A DNA stretch of 64,000 nt, from positions 128,001-192,000 of the forward strand of contig CAWCMR010000022.1 of NCBI GenBank assembly GCA_963796685.1, in the 5' to 3' direction. The notes under the pieces are model-generated. The model did not search any database. It was not told the DNA's origin and saw only the letters and a program-made list of their open reading frames with translations. The position numbers were made by a program, and so were the translations under genes. This document shows positions 41,228-50,064 of this stretch, piece by piece; the stretch's first letter is position 1, and each line of letters starts with the position of its first letter. The DNA is from an uncultured delta proteobacterium. GTDB taxonomy: Bacteria; Myxococcota_A; Polyangia; Fen-1088.

Positions 41228-41950
41228 ATGGAACGAATGTTGGTGGTCGTCTTCGACGACGAAAGCAAAGCATGTGACGGCAAGTCTGCACTACGCCAGC
41301 TCGAGATCGAGGGCAGCCTCACAATCTACAGGGCTGCGGTGGTTGCCAAAAACGCCGATGGCACAACCGCTGTCAAGCAATACGATGACGTGAACCCGAG
41401 CGGCACTCTCGTCGGGACGACCATCGGGGGTCTGATTGGACTCTTGGGCGGCCCTGTGGGGGTCGCTATCGGTGCCGTCTCCGGACTCACGCTGGGGGCG
41501 CTCTCGGACGTTGGCAGCGCCCGCGTCGGTGAGGACTACGTCGAAGAAGTCTCGATGTCGCTGACCCCTGGCAAGTTCGCGGTGGTCGCCGAGATCGAGG
41601 AGGGTTGGACGACCCCGGTCGACACCCGTATGGGCGCCCTCGGTGGAACCGTCATTCGCCGCGCGCTCTGGGAGATACGGGACCAGTTGCGTAAGGATGA
41701 GATCGACGCCCTGAAAGCGGACCTGGCGCAGCTCAAGGCGGAGCTCGCGAGTGCCAACGAAAAGCGCCGCACGAAGCTGCGAGGCCGGATCGATCAACTT
41801 CAGACACGAATCGATCAACAGAAGAAGCAAGCGCAAGAGTCGCTGCAGGCGTTTCAAGCGCGCGCAGCCCAGAAGCGAGATCTCTTCAAGAAGAACGCGT
41901 CCGCGGTGGGACAGGCCCTCAAGGAGCTGGTGAAGACCCCGCGAGTGTAA
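41228..41950 (+). CDS. DUF1269-family membrane protein with a coiled-coil tail
   Basis: GGLIGLLGGPVG glycine zipper, AVVAEIEE.W..PVD; AAGGAGG RBS. Confidence 0.8.
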   Translation: MERMLVVVFDDESKACDGKSALRQLEIEGSLTIYRAAVVAKNADGTTAVKQYDDVNPSGTLVGTTIGGLIGLLGGPVGVAIGAVSGLTLGALSDVGSARVGEDYVEEVSMSLTPGKFAVVAEIEEGWTTPVDTRMGALGGTVIRRALWEIRDQLRKDEIDALKADLAQLKAELASANEKRRTKLRGRIDQLQTRIDQQKKQAQESLQAFQARAAQKRDLFKKNASAVGQALKELVKTPRV

Positions 41951-41957
41951 ACACCCG

Positions 41958-41994
41958 GGCGCGCGGAATCCTCGTACGCCGAGGTCCGCGCGCC
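41958..41994 (+). terminator. GC-rich hairpin after the DUF1269 gene
   Basis: GGCGCGCGGA...TCCGCGCGCC with inner CCTCG/CGAGG pairing; no U-tract. Confidence 0.45.
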
Positions 41995-42026
41995 ATTGCT
42001 AGGTAGAATCATACAAGGAGCACACT

Positions 42027-42578
42027 ATGGAATTCGATGAAGTCGTGAACAGGCGTCGGTCGCGACGATCCCTTGCACCGCTCGAAGTGAGTGACAGTCT
42101 CGTCAAGGATCTCGCTAACGTCGCAAGTCTGGCCCCATCCTGCTCGAACAAGCAGCCCTGGCGATTCGTGTTCGTCTTGGGCGTCCACGCGCGCAAGGTC
42201 CCTCTTGCCGGCGACGCAGACTTGGACGCCATCGCCGCGTCCACGCCGGGCATGACAGGTGCAGAGCTCGCCAACCTGGTCAACGAGGCGGCCCTGCTGG
42301 CGGCGCGGCGAGCGGAGGAACGCGTCTCCCAGCGCGATTTGACCGACGCTCTCGAGAAAGTCCAGCTCGGCGCTGCCCGCAACGTGGTCATGCCAGACGA
42401 AGAGCGCCGCCGCACCGCCTACCACGAGGCGGGTCACGCGCTGCTGGGTATGCTTCAGGCTGGGGCGGATCCTGTGCGCAAGGTATCGATCATTCCGCGC
42501 GGACGCTCCTTGGGCGTGACGCTCTCAACCCCGGAGCAAGATCGCTACGGCGCCGATACGAAATACCTGCGCGGGTAA
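42027..42578 (+). pseudogene. Chimera of a nitroreductase N-terminus and an internal FtsH fragment
   Basis: RRSRR...LAPSCSNKQPWRFV, then TPGMTGAELANLVNEAA...TAYHEAGH...KVSIIPRG. Confidence 0.85.
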
Positions 42579-42726
42579 CGGGCTCGAACGTTTTCGTACC
42601 TTGCGAGCAACCTGCCGCCGATCGTGGCGTTCACCGACGCGCAGTGCTCATGAGCCAAGTGCTATAGTGCCATCCTTGCTACAGGTGAATTGCATACTCG
42701 CCCGTCGACGCGCTCAGCGCCACGGC

Positions 42727-43911
42727 GTGATTATCCTCTGGCTTCTCCTAGCTGGAGGCTGCGTGAACCTGACACCACCTTGGACCAGCGACAGGGATGC
42801 GCACGCCCCGGGAGGACAGACTGTCGGTGATGGAAGTGCGGGGCCCGCCGCTGGCGAAACCGGTGGTGCCAGCGGCGCTGATACTGCGGGCACACCTGAT
42901 GCGGGGAGCGGCGCACCGACGACGGATGTTTGGTCGTCCGGCGGCGCCAGCGATGGTGAGGCTGCTGGCGCGGGCGGTGTGGGGGGCAGCGCGCAGAGCG
43001 ACGTCCCGGCGGCCGACGGTTCTGTCGGGGCCACCGCCACGGGCGGTAGTTCGGCCGGCGGCGGCTTGGACAGCACGGTAGCTACCGGAGGCAGCACGAC
43101 GTCGTCGGACGCACAGTCCCCCACCGATCAGGCGCTGAAGAACGACACGGCCAATGTCTCCGAGGTTGTTCCGCTGCGCGATGCCGCCGTCGATGCGCCG
43201 GCAGGCACCGACTTGTCCATCGATTCGACGACGATGGTTCCGACGCAAGGACTGATCGCCTACTACCCGTGTGAGTTGGCCCACGGCGCGTCCCTGCCAG
43301 ATATGTCGGGCAAAGGCAACGACGCCGTGTTGACCGGCGCCTTCAGCTTCGCCACGGGCCAAGTTGGCAAGGCGTTGGTTCTGACCGCTGTCGGCGACGG
43401 TGGGTCGTCCGGAGGCTACGCCACCTTGCCCCCCGGAATTCTCCTTGGCGCAACCGAGATGACCATCGCCGCTTGGTTTACGGTCACCAGTACGCTCAGC
43501 GGCCAGCGCGTCTTCGACTTCGGCACGAGCAGTACGACTTCCTCCATGTACTTCACGACGCAAAACTCCGCCGGCGTGCCTCAGTTCACCATTCGCTTGG
43601 TTCCCGACGGCGGCACGGAAATCAGGCAAAACGTTACCTCGAAGGGATCCTCGCTTTCGGTGAATGCTTGGCATCACGTGGCCGTCGTCTTGGACGCGAC
43701 TGGCGGCCACTTGTACCTTGACGGCGTTGCGATCGGCAGCAACACCGGCGTGACATTGCGGCCCGCGGATCTCGGGGCCAAGCCCAACGATTGGATCGGC
43801 CGTTCAGAGTTCGTGACCGATCCGTACTTCGACGGCATGATCGATGAGCTCCGCGTCTACAATCGTGGGCTGACGGCCAGCGAGATCGCCGAGCTCTTCA
43901 CGGCGCGGTAG
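42727..43911 (+). CDS. LamG-like jellyroll lipoprotein with a G/A/S/T-rich linker
   Basis: Lipobox LAGGC; TIAAWF, WHHVAV, LYLDG, IGRS, FDGMIDELRVYNR; start uncertain. Confidence 0.82.
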   Translation: MIILWLLLAGGCVNLTPPWTSDRDAHAPGGQTVGDGSAGPAAGETGGASGADTAGTPDAGSGAPTTDVWSSGGASDGEAAGAGGVGGSAQSDVPAADGSVGATATGGSSAGGGLDSTVATGGSTTSSDAQSPTDQALKNDTANVSEVVPLRDAAVDAPAGTDLSIDSTTMVPTQGLIAYYPCELAHGASLPDMSGKGNDAVLTGAFSFATGQVGKALVLTAVGDGGSSGGYATLPPGILLGATEMTIAAWFTVTSTLSGQRVFDFGTSSTTSSMYFTTQNSAGVPQFTIRLVPDGGTEIRQNVTSKGSSLSVNAWHHVAVVLDATGGHLYLDGVAIGSNTGVTLRPADLGAKPNDWIGRSEFVTDPYFDGMIDELRVYNRGLTASEIAELFTAR

Positions 43912-44329
43912 GAGAGTCGGACAAGAAAGCGATGACAGATGGAATGCCTTGCTGGGCCTTCGTCCCTGGCGAGGCGTGCCCCACCGCCACATCGCGATCT
44001 TCTTTCCCGCACTCCGCCGTAGGCCGCTATCATGACGGCGGGAGCACCAGGACCTGCTTCGCATTTCTTCGATACCCTCACCCGTCGGCCGGCTCCTGCT
44101 GCCCGTGAGCGACGTGTGGTGTCATTTGACGACTTGTCGCCGAAGATCAGGGGTGTTCCATAAAGACCCATGATTTCCAGTGGTTGGGTATTTGATGATC
44201 AGAACCTCATCACCCCATCCCTGCCGCTGCCTTCCGCTGGGTGCGGGGTGTCCTCAAAAGGTAGAGACTTCCCGGGCCCCGGACTAAGATGGCTCCTGCG
44301 TTCTGGGCGAGGGAAGGCATTGGCGCGCT

Positions 44330-44910
44330 GGTCGGACCACCGGGTTGTGGCAAGACCATGTCCGCGTCCGCCATCGCCAGCGAGTGCGGCTTGCCGCTCA
44401 TGTTCGTGCAGCTGCACACCCTCATCACGAAGTTCCTGGGCGAGACGGCGGCCAAGCTCCACCTGGTCTTCGAAGCCATGGCGCAGACGCGCGCGGTGTA
44501 TCTCTTCGACGAGTTCGACGCGCTCGGCGCGGAGCGGGCCTCGCGCAACGACGTGGGCGAGATCCGCCGCGTGCTCAACTCGTGCCTGGAGTTCCTCGAA
44601 CGCGACGATTCCGAGAGCATCATCATCGCCGCCACCAACTTCGTCGGCATGCTCGACGACGCGCTTTTCCGCCGCTTCGACGACATCATCGAGTACGTCC
44701 GCCCGACCCGGACCATGGCCCGCGCCCTGGTCGAAAACCGCTTGAGCCACTTCGACCTCGGCAGCATCAACTGGAAGAAGCTCTCCCCCGCCTTCGGAAT
44801 GCTCAGCCTCGCCGTGATCGTTCGCGCGCGCGAAGGGGCCGCGCGCGAGACGGTTCTCGGTGGCCGGGTGGACGTCGAGACGACGGCATTGCGGCGCTGT
44901 TTGGTTAGGC
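44330..44910 (+). pseudogene. N-truncated AAA+ ATPase (IetA-like type)
   Basis: GPPGCGKT, TKFLGETAAKL, LFDEFDA, DVGEIRRVLN, AATN, LFRRFD. Confidence 0.75.
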
Positions 44911-44914
44911 GTGG

Positions 44915-45540
44915 GCGCATAACGAAATGGCAAGAACGTCTCGAAGCTCAGTCCACAAGAGCTACGCCATGCCCGACTCGATGGTGAGTTCATCACTACG
45001 GCTGGCAACCTGGCATCGTGGATCGCGGAAGAACTGCCCCCCAACTTCCCTAGGATCGCAGCCCAGTCGCGAAGGCAGATGAAGGATGTGGAGTTGGTTG
45101 CCACGCTCCTCCTACTCCTCGAAGAGGGACCAGGAAGCTACTCGCAAGAGGAACTCGACAACGCATTTGTAGCTCGGGACCAGGCCTGGGACCAAAAGAC
45201 AAAGATCGAAGGACAGTTTCGAAATGTTGCAGGCGCCATTAAGGCACTGACAACTATCTTCCCACAAGGATCTGACATCATTGCCAGCCGCCTGCACAAT
45301 CAAGCCGACTTCTACTCGCTCTTCGGCGCGATTGCATCAACCCAAAATCTTCCGGACACACCCCAATTGGCGATGCGGCTACTTGCGTTCCTTCAGCGCG
45401 TAGAGGATGAATCGGCGCGCAAGGCGGACCTCCGCCTCGCCGCCTACTACGATGCCGCTCGATCAGCACCAAGCGACAAAGGGCCTCGTGAGACGCAAAT
45501 CAAGTACATGAAGGAGATAATTCTCGGTTCTCACCCATGA
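44915..45540 (+). pseudogene. C-terminal part of a DUF262 (ParB/GmrS-like) protein
   Basis: In-frame KNVSKLSPQELRHARLDGEF upstream of ORF 45079 resembles the DUF262 end motif; lower-GC codon usage. Confidence 0.6.
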
Positions 45541-46340
45541 TCGTTCCAGGGGCCATCCAGAGATCATTCGACTACCGGCCGATTTGGAAGCTGGGCCGAG
45601 CTGGACGATCTGTATGCCTGTGCGATTATCGTTCCGACTGTGGGCGACGAAGACGGTGTTCTCCCCTTTCTTCAGGATCGATTCTACCAGGCTGACCTTC
45701 GCAAGAGAGGGTCAACGTCGAAGGACCCTACGTCATTCAGATTCGACACTACGAGATTCATAGGCCGGCTCAGGGCACCGATTGGTGCTGATGATCGTCC
45801 TGCCATGTTCCACCTCACCTTCGAGATTCAAGTCAGGACTGCCTTCGAACACGCGTGGATGGCCACCACTCATGCACTCGCCTACAAGCCGGACAGAGTT
45901 GACTGGCGCGACCTTCGTCTGGCCGCACGGCTCAAAGCGGCGGTCGAGCAGTTGGACGATCTCGTCGCTGGATTCCAAGAAACGGCCGGCAGGATATCGG
46001 AACAGAAATGGCCCGAGATCGCAGCGCAGAGAAGTGTTGCGGAGTTCTTCCTGGAGAAAGTCAAGAACGGTCTGATTCCGCCCGAGATGGCGCCAGCAAG
46101 CTGGTTCAGATTTTCGGGCAACCTAGTAACCATTGTCCGGAAGACGGCCAAGGGCGCGAAGTTTGGCGAGATCGAAGCCAAGACTGCCCCGCAGTTTGAC
46201 ACTACTCCAGTCCTGCCTCGGTATCATGGCGGAGATCGGGCTGCTGACCGGCCCGATCAGAGAGTACACGCCTCTACTCACCGATGAACTCCTGGATCTT
46301 TTTCCGAAAGCGCGGGTGCTGGCCCCGGGCTTTGATCCCG
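45537..46340 (+). pseudogene. RelA/SpoT-like nucleotidyltransferase-domain protein, internally deleted
   Basis: MIVPGAI start out of frame with TGRF...LDDLYAC; FEIQVRTAFEHAW...HALAYK motif. Confidence 0.65.
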
Positions 46341-46683
46341 AAGCCGGTACTCCTACATAGCGTCTGCCTTCCTCACCTTCAGGCGCCGACTATCCTATGG
46401 CAACCAAGCATAGCTGGAATCCGAGTCTCCGCCATCATCCACATCGCTGAGGTAGACGCGGGTCCGCGAGAAACGGGGAGGCGGCTTCGGCGAAGTTGCG
46501 TATCAGACATGGTCGGCATTCCGCCGTTCGTCACCCTCGAGCAGATCGAGTCTTCCTCGTGAAATCAGAAGGTTGTGGAGTCATGCGCGGCGGGGACCGA
46601 GCTCACCCACACTCGGCTTGTGGGACTTTGCTCGTGGCCACGAAATCGATCGAGAATTCACGAATAATCTCGCCAATTTACTG

Positions 46684-46757
46684 CGCGCCCAGCAGGAATT
46701 GAACCTGCAACCCCCGGCTTAGAAGGCCGGTGCTCTATCCAATTGAGCTATGGGCGC
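46684..46757 (-). tRNA. tRNA-Arg(UCU), CCA not encoded
   Basis: GCGCCCA/TGGGCGC acceptor stem, AGCTCAATTGGATAGAGC D-arm, CCGGC-cttctaa-GCCGG anticodon arm, GGTTCAATTCC T-loop. Confidence 0.96.
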
Positions 46758-46941
46758 AAACGTTGTGGTGAAGGCTCAAGGGATACCACGTCCCCCTCGG
46801 GTCGGGGAAGGTCCAGCGTGACAGCCCCGAGGGACTTCTCCGCGACCAGGTCGGCGCGAAGTTGATGTGGCACTCATCGAGGCTTTTCGAGCGTGACGCG
46901 GAGGCATCGTTCACTACACGAAAACCTGGTACACTTCTCCC

Positions 46942-47274
46942 GTGACCCTGTCCATCGAGATACCAGAGGCGACCCTTCGGGCGCTGGGGCCTTCGCCAGT
47001 CGAGGCAGAGGGCAAGGTGCGTCTTGCGGCAGCCATGAAGCTGCACGAGTTGGGGCACTTGTCAGCCGGCGCCGCGGCTGACCTGGCGGGTATCTCCAAG
47101 GTCGCGTTTCTGCACAAGCTGGCGGATTTCGGCGTCGATGCTTTCCGCATGACGCCAGAGGAATTCGACCAAGACCTGGACACACTGCGCTGGTCATTGC
47201 CTGCCACGCGAGGGCACGGGGGCAAACCTGGCGCGTTTACACCGAATCGCCCCCCGAAACGATGGCTCGCCTAG
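46942..47274 (+). CDS. UPF0175-family protein (putative antitoxin), no PIN partner
   Basis: LAAAMKLHELGHLSAGAAADLAGISKVAF; C-terminal tail looks like read-through. Confidence 0.75.
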   Translation: MTLSIEIPEATLRALGPSPVEAEGKVRLAAAMKLHELGHLSAGAAADLAGISKVAFLHKLADFGVDAFRMTPEEFDQDLDTLRWSLPATRGHGGKPGAFTPNRPPKRWLA

Positions 47275-47519
47275 AGTTTGATGGTTCCGCCGGGATCGTC
47301 GGATCCCATGCGTTGGCGGCGAGCGGCGGTATCGTCTGGCGGTGGCGGGGTTCGGGCGACCGAGAGGATCAGCCACTCGCCTTCGCGCGCATCCGCGGGC
47401 AGCAGTGCGCGCGGGACGACGAAGCTGCGTTGGCCGAACAGCAGGGTCGCGCTGTCGTCTTCGATTTCGTCGATGAACAGGGTCGTTGTCTTCTTCGCTT
47501 GCTCGATGTTCTCGGTCAT
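47271..47519 (-). CDS. DUF3006-like small protein
   Basis: IDEIEDDSATL...PRALLPADAREGEWL; follows the ComEC-like MBL gene. Confidence 0.72.
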   Translation of the reverse strand: MTENIEQAKKTTTLFIDEIEDDSATLLFGQRSFVVPRALLPADAREGEWLILSVARTPPPPDDTAARRQRMGSDDPGGTIKL

Positions 47520-48415
47520 GGCGTGTTGAAGGCCTCCGTGCGCGCGCGGCTGCGCAGGGTGAGTGTTTCGCCGTCCATCTCGAGGGCAATCGCCCCGTCC
47601 AGATCGGTACGGAGGACGTGCGCCCCGACCTGTGCGAGGCGCGCCAGGGTTTCGGGATGGGGATGTTTGGCATCGCCCGCTTCGGTGCTGATGACCGCCG
47701 CCAGCGGCCTGACTGCGGTCAAGAATTCGAGCGTCGATGCGTGCCGGCTGCCGTGGTGCCCGACCTTCAGGACCGTGGCGCGCAGCTTTGCTCTGCTGCC
47801 GATCAGCCATCGCTCGGCCAGCTCTTCGGCATCCGCCGCGAAGAGCACGCTGAGCTTGCCATAGTCGAGGCGGCTGACCACGCTGTTGGCGTTCACATCC
47901 GAGTCCGCACCCCGCAGGACGGGAGAGGGCGGGCCGAGGAGGAGCAGTCGGGCGCCGTCGCCAAGCTCGATGATTCGTCCGCGCTCCGCCTGTCGAACCG
48001 GCACGTTTCGGCTTTCGAGCGCACCCAGCAGCTTGGCGTACATCCCGCTCTCGTGGGGATAGGGCGCGTCCAGATACAGGCGTGCGCCACACGACTCGAT
48101 GACCTGCACCAGCCCGCCCAGATGGTCGGCATGGCGATGGGTGAGCAGAATCAGGTCGAGCGGGCACGCGTTCTTGCTGCGCAGAAACGACACGACCCCT
48201 GGGCCGGCTTCCGCCAGGCCGCCGTCGATCAGCACGGTCTTGCCCGTGGGCGAGGTGATGAGGGTCGAGTCGCCGTGCCCCACGTCCAGAAAATCGACGT
48301 GTAGCTTGCCCTTCCGAGCAAGCGGGGCGGTGGTCGCAGCGCAGCCCAGCCCCACGCCAAGGCAGGCGAGGACGGCAAGCCTCGAGAGCACATGGCACCG
48401 GTTGCGCGTCGACAT
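47516..48415 (-). CDS. ComEC/Rec2-like metallo-beta-lactamase-fold hydrolase, lipoprotein
   Basis: LDVGHGD, LIDGG, THRHADHLGG, NANS, LKVGHHGS, HPHPET, RTD. Confidence 0.9.
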   Translation of the reverse strand: MSTRNRCHVLSRLAVLACLGVGLGCAATTAPLARKGKLHVDFLDVGHGDSTLITSPTGKTVLIDGGLAEAGPGVVSFLRSKNACPLDLILLTHRHADHLGGLVQVIESCGARLYLDAPYPHESGMYAKLLGALESRNVPVRQAERGRIIELGDGARLLLLGPPSPVLRGADSDVNANSVVSRLDYGKLSVLFAADAEELAERWLIGSRAKLRATVLKVGHHGSRHASTLEFLTAVRPLAAVISTEAGDAKHPHPETLARLAQVGAHVLRTDLDGAIALEMDGETLTLRSRARTEAFNTP

Positions 48416-48622
48416 GGTCAGAGGGTAGGGCGAGAGCTACCGGACAGGCAAGAAAGAGGCAGAGGAACATGCCGTCTTATCGGCGGCCGCGCGCCGAAGT
48501 TGCCCCCTGGCCTCCACCCAACCAAGCTGTGGCATGCTGACGTGGCGCACCGTGCACCGAGCATCCACATTTTTCTCTTTCTGCTCAACAACGCCGCCAC
48601 AGTGGTGTTCTCGAGATGAATC

Positions 48623-49240
48623 ATGAGCGAAGCCCGCCCCAACGTCGTTCCCCTGCGTAGCCTTGCCTCGGGCGTCGCGCTCGACCAGGGGGACGATGAG
48701 CAGTTGATGGCGTTGGCCGCGGGTGGCGCGAAGGTCGCTTTCGCCGTGCTGGTCGAACGCTACCTGCCCAAGGTCACGAAGTACTGCGCCCGCTTCGTCG
48801 GCCAGCTCGCGGCGGCCGAGGAGCTGGCCCAGGAGATCTTCCTCGAGGTCTGGCTGCGGCGCACGCGCTACCGGTCGCAGGGCAAGTTCGTGGTCTTTCT
48901 GTTCACCTTGGCCAGGCATCGCTGCCTCAATCGCCTGCGCGACGACCGCCGCCGCCATCGCCGCGATCTCGATGTCGGCAGCGACGGCCTGGTTGCGGGA
49001 AGCTGCTCGCCCGACCAACTCGACGTGCTTCTGGAGCGCGAGCGCCAGCGCCGGGTGCAGGCGGCGCTGCTCGGGCTCTCGACCAAGCTGCGCGAGGCGG
49101 TCCTGCTGCGCTTCGACCAGGGGCTCGACTATCCGGATGTCGCGCGCATCCTGGGTTGCTCGCAATCGACGACCCGCTCGCGCGTTCGATTGGCCATGCT
49201 GCGGTTGCGCGACGAGCTGGCGGGAGGCTCTTTGCCATGA
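48623..49240 (+). CDS. ECF RNA polymerase sigma factor
   Basis: AEELAQEIFLEVW, F..FLFTLARHRC region 2; LREAVLLR...DVARILG...RSR region 4. Confidence 0.9.
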   Translation: MSEARPNVVPLRSLASGVALDQGDDEQLMALAAGGAKVAFAVLVERYLPKVTKYCARFVGQLAAAEELAQEIFLEVWLRRTRYRSQGKFVVFLFTLARHRCLNRLRDDRRRHRRDLDVGSDGLVAGSCSPDQLDVLLERERQRRVQAALLGLSTKLREAVLLRFDQGLDYPDVARILGCSQSTTRSRVRLAMLRLRDELAGGSLP

Positions 49241-50064
49241 ACATCCCCTGTCCCGGCAGTCAGGAATGGTTGAGCCTCGTCGACGGCGAGGCCACGGAAA
49301 ACCGCGCCGCCGAGCTGCGCGTCCATGCCTCCGGCTGTTCGCGCTGCGCGCGGGAGCTCGAAACGCAGCTCCAGTTGGTGCGCGACCTCGCGGCGCCGGT
49401 GCCGGTGTCGGCGGACGCGGTTCAAACGGTCATGCGTAGCATCGAGCATGCCGAGCGGCCGGTGCGCAGATTCGGCTGGCGGGGTTGGGCGTTGGCCGGC
49501 GGCGCGCTCGCGGCGGTCACCGTGGCGGCGCTCGCGCTCCTGCCGTCGACCGGCGGCGAGCGCGGGGTCTTCACCGCCCGCGGTCACCGCGTGCCCTGGG
49601 CGCGCAAGGTGGGTGTCGAGGTCTGGGCCATCGACCATTCGCCGCGCAAGCTGGAGGCCGGCGCGGCGCTTTCGCCCGCCACGGGCATCGTGGCGAGCTA
49701 CCACAACGTCGACGCCGACATCGCCTACCTGATGGTTTTCGCCATCGATGCCCGCGGCGAGCTCCACTGGGCCTATCCCGGCTTCGAGGACGCCAAGACC
49801 GATCCCGTGGCGGTTCGCCTGGAGCCCCTGCAGGTGAACAAGGTGCTTCCCGATTCCGTGATGCTCGACGATCTGGCTGCCGGGCCGCTGGAGCTGGTCA
49901 CCTTGATCGCACGCGAGCCGTTGCGCGTCTCTCGCATCGAATCCCTGCCGGTTTCCGCCAGAAGTGCGGCCAGTCTGCGCACCCGCTTTTCCACCGCGCG
50001 CATCGAGAGCCTGTCCCTGCGCGTGGTGCCTGCCCCTGCTTTGCCCAGCAAGGAGAAGCCGTGA
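49237..50064 (+). CDS. Zinc-finger (HxxxCxxC) anti-sigma factor with one TM and an extracytoplasmic domain
   Basis: HASGCSRC; TM WALAGGALAAVTVAALALL; FTARG after the TM; ATGA overlap with the sigma gene. Confidence 0.82.
   Translation: MNIPCPGSQEWLSLVDGEATENRAAELRVHASGCSRCARELETQLQLVRDLAAPVPVSADAVQTVMRSIEHAERPVRRFGWRGWALAGGALAAVTVAALALLPSTGGERGVFTARGHRVPWARKVGVEVWAIDHSPRKLEAGAALSPATGIVASYHNVDADIAYLMVFAIDARGELHWAYPGFEDAKTDPVAVRLEPLQVNKVLPDSVMLDDLAAGPLELVTLIAREPLRVSRIESLPVSARSAASLRTRFSTARIESLSLRVVPAPALPSKEKP

Noticed and set aside
43912-44280. Possible island end, att site or ncRNA
   Set aside because: No copy of the tRNA 3' end, integrase motif or recognisable RNA structure could be found by eye.
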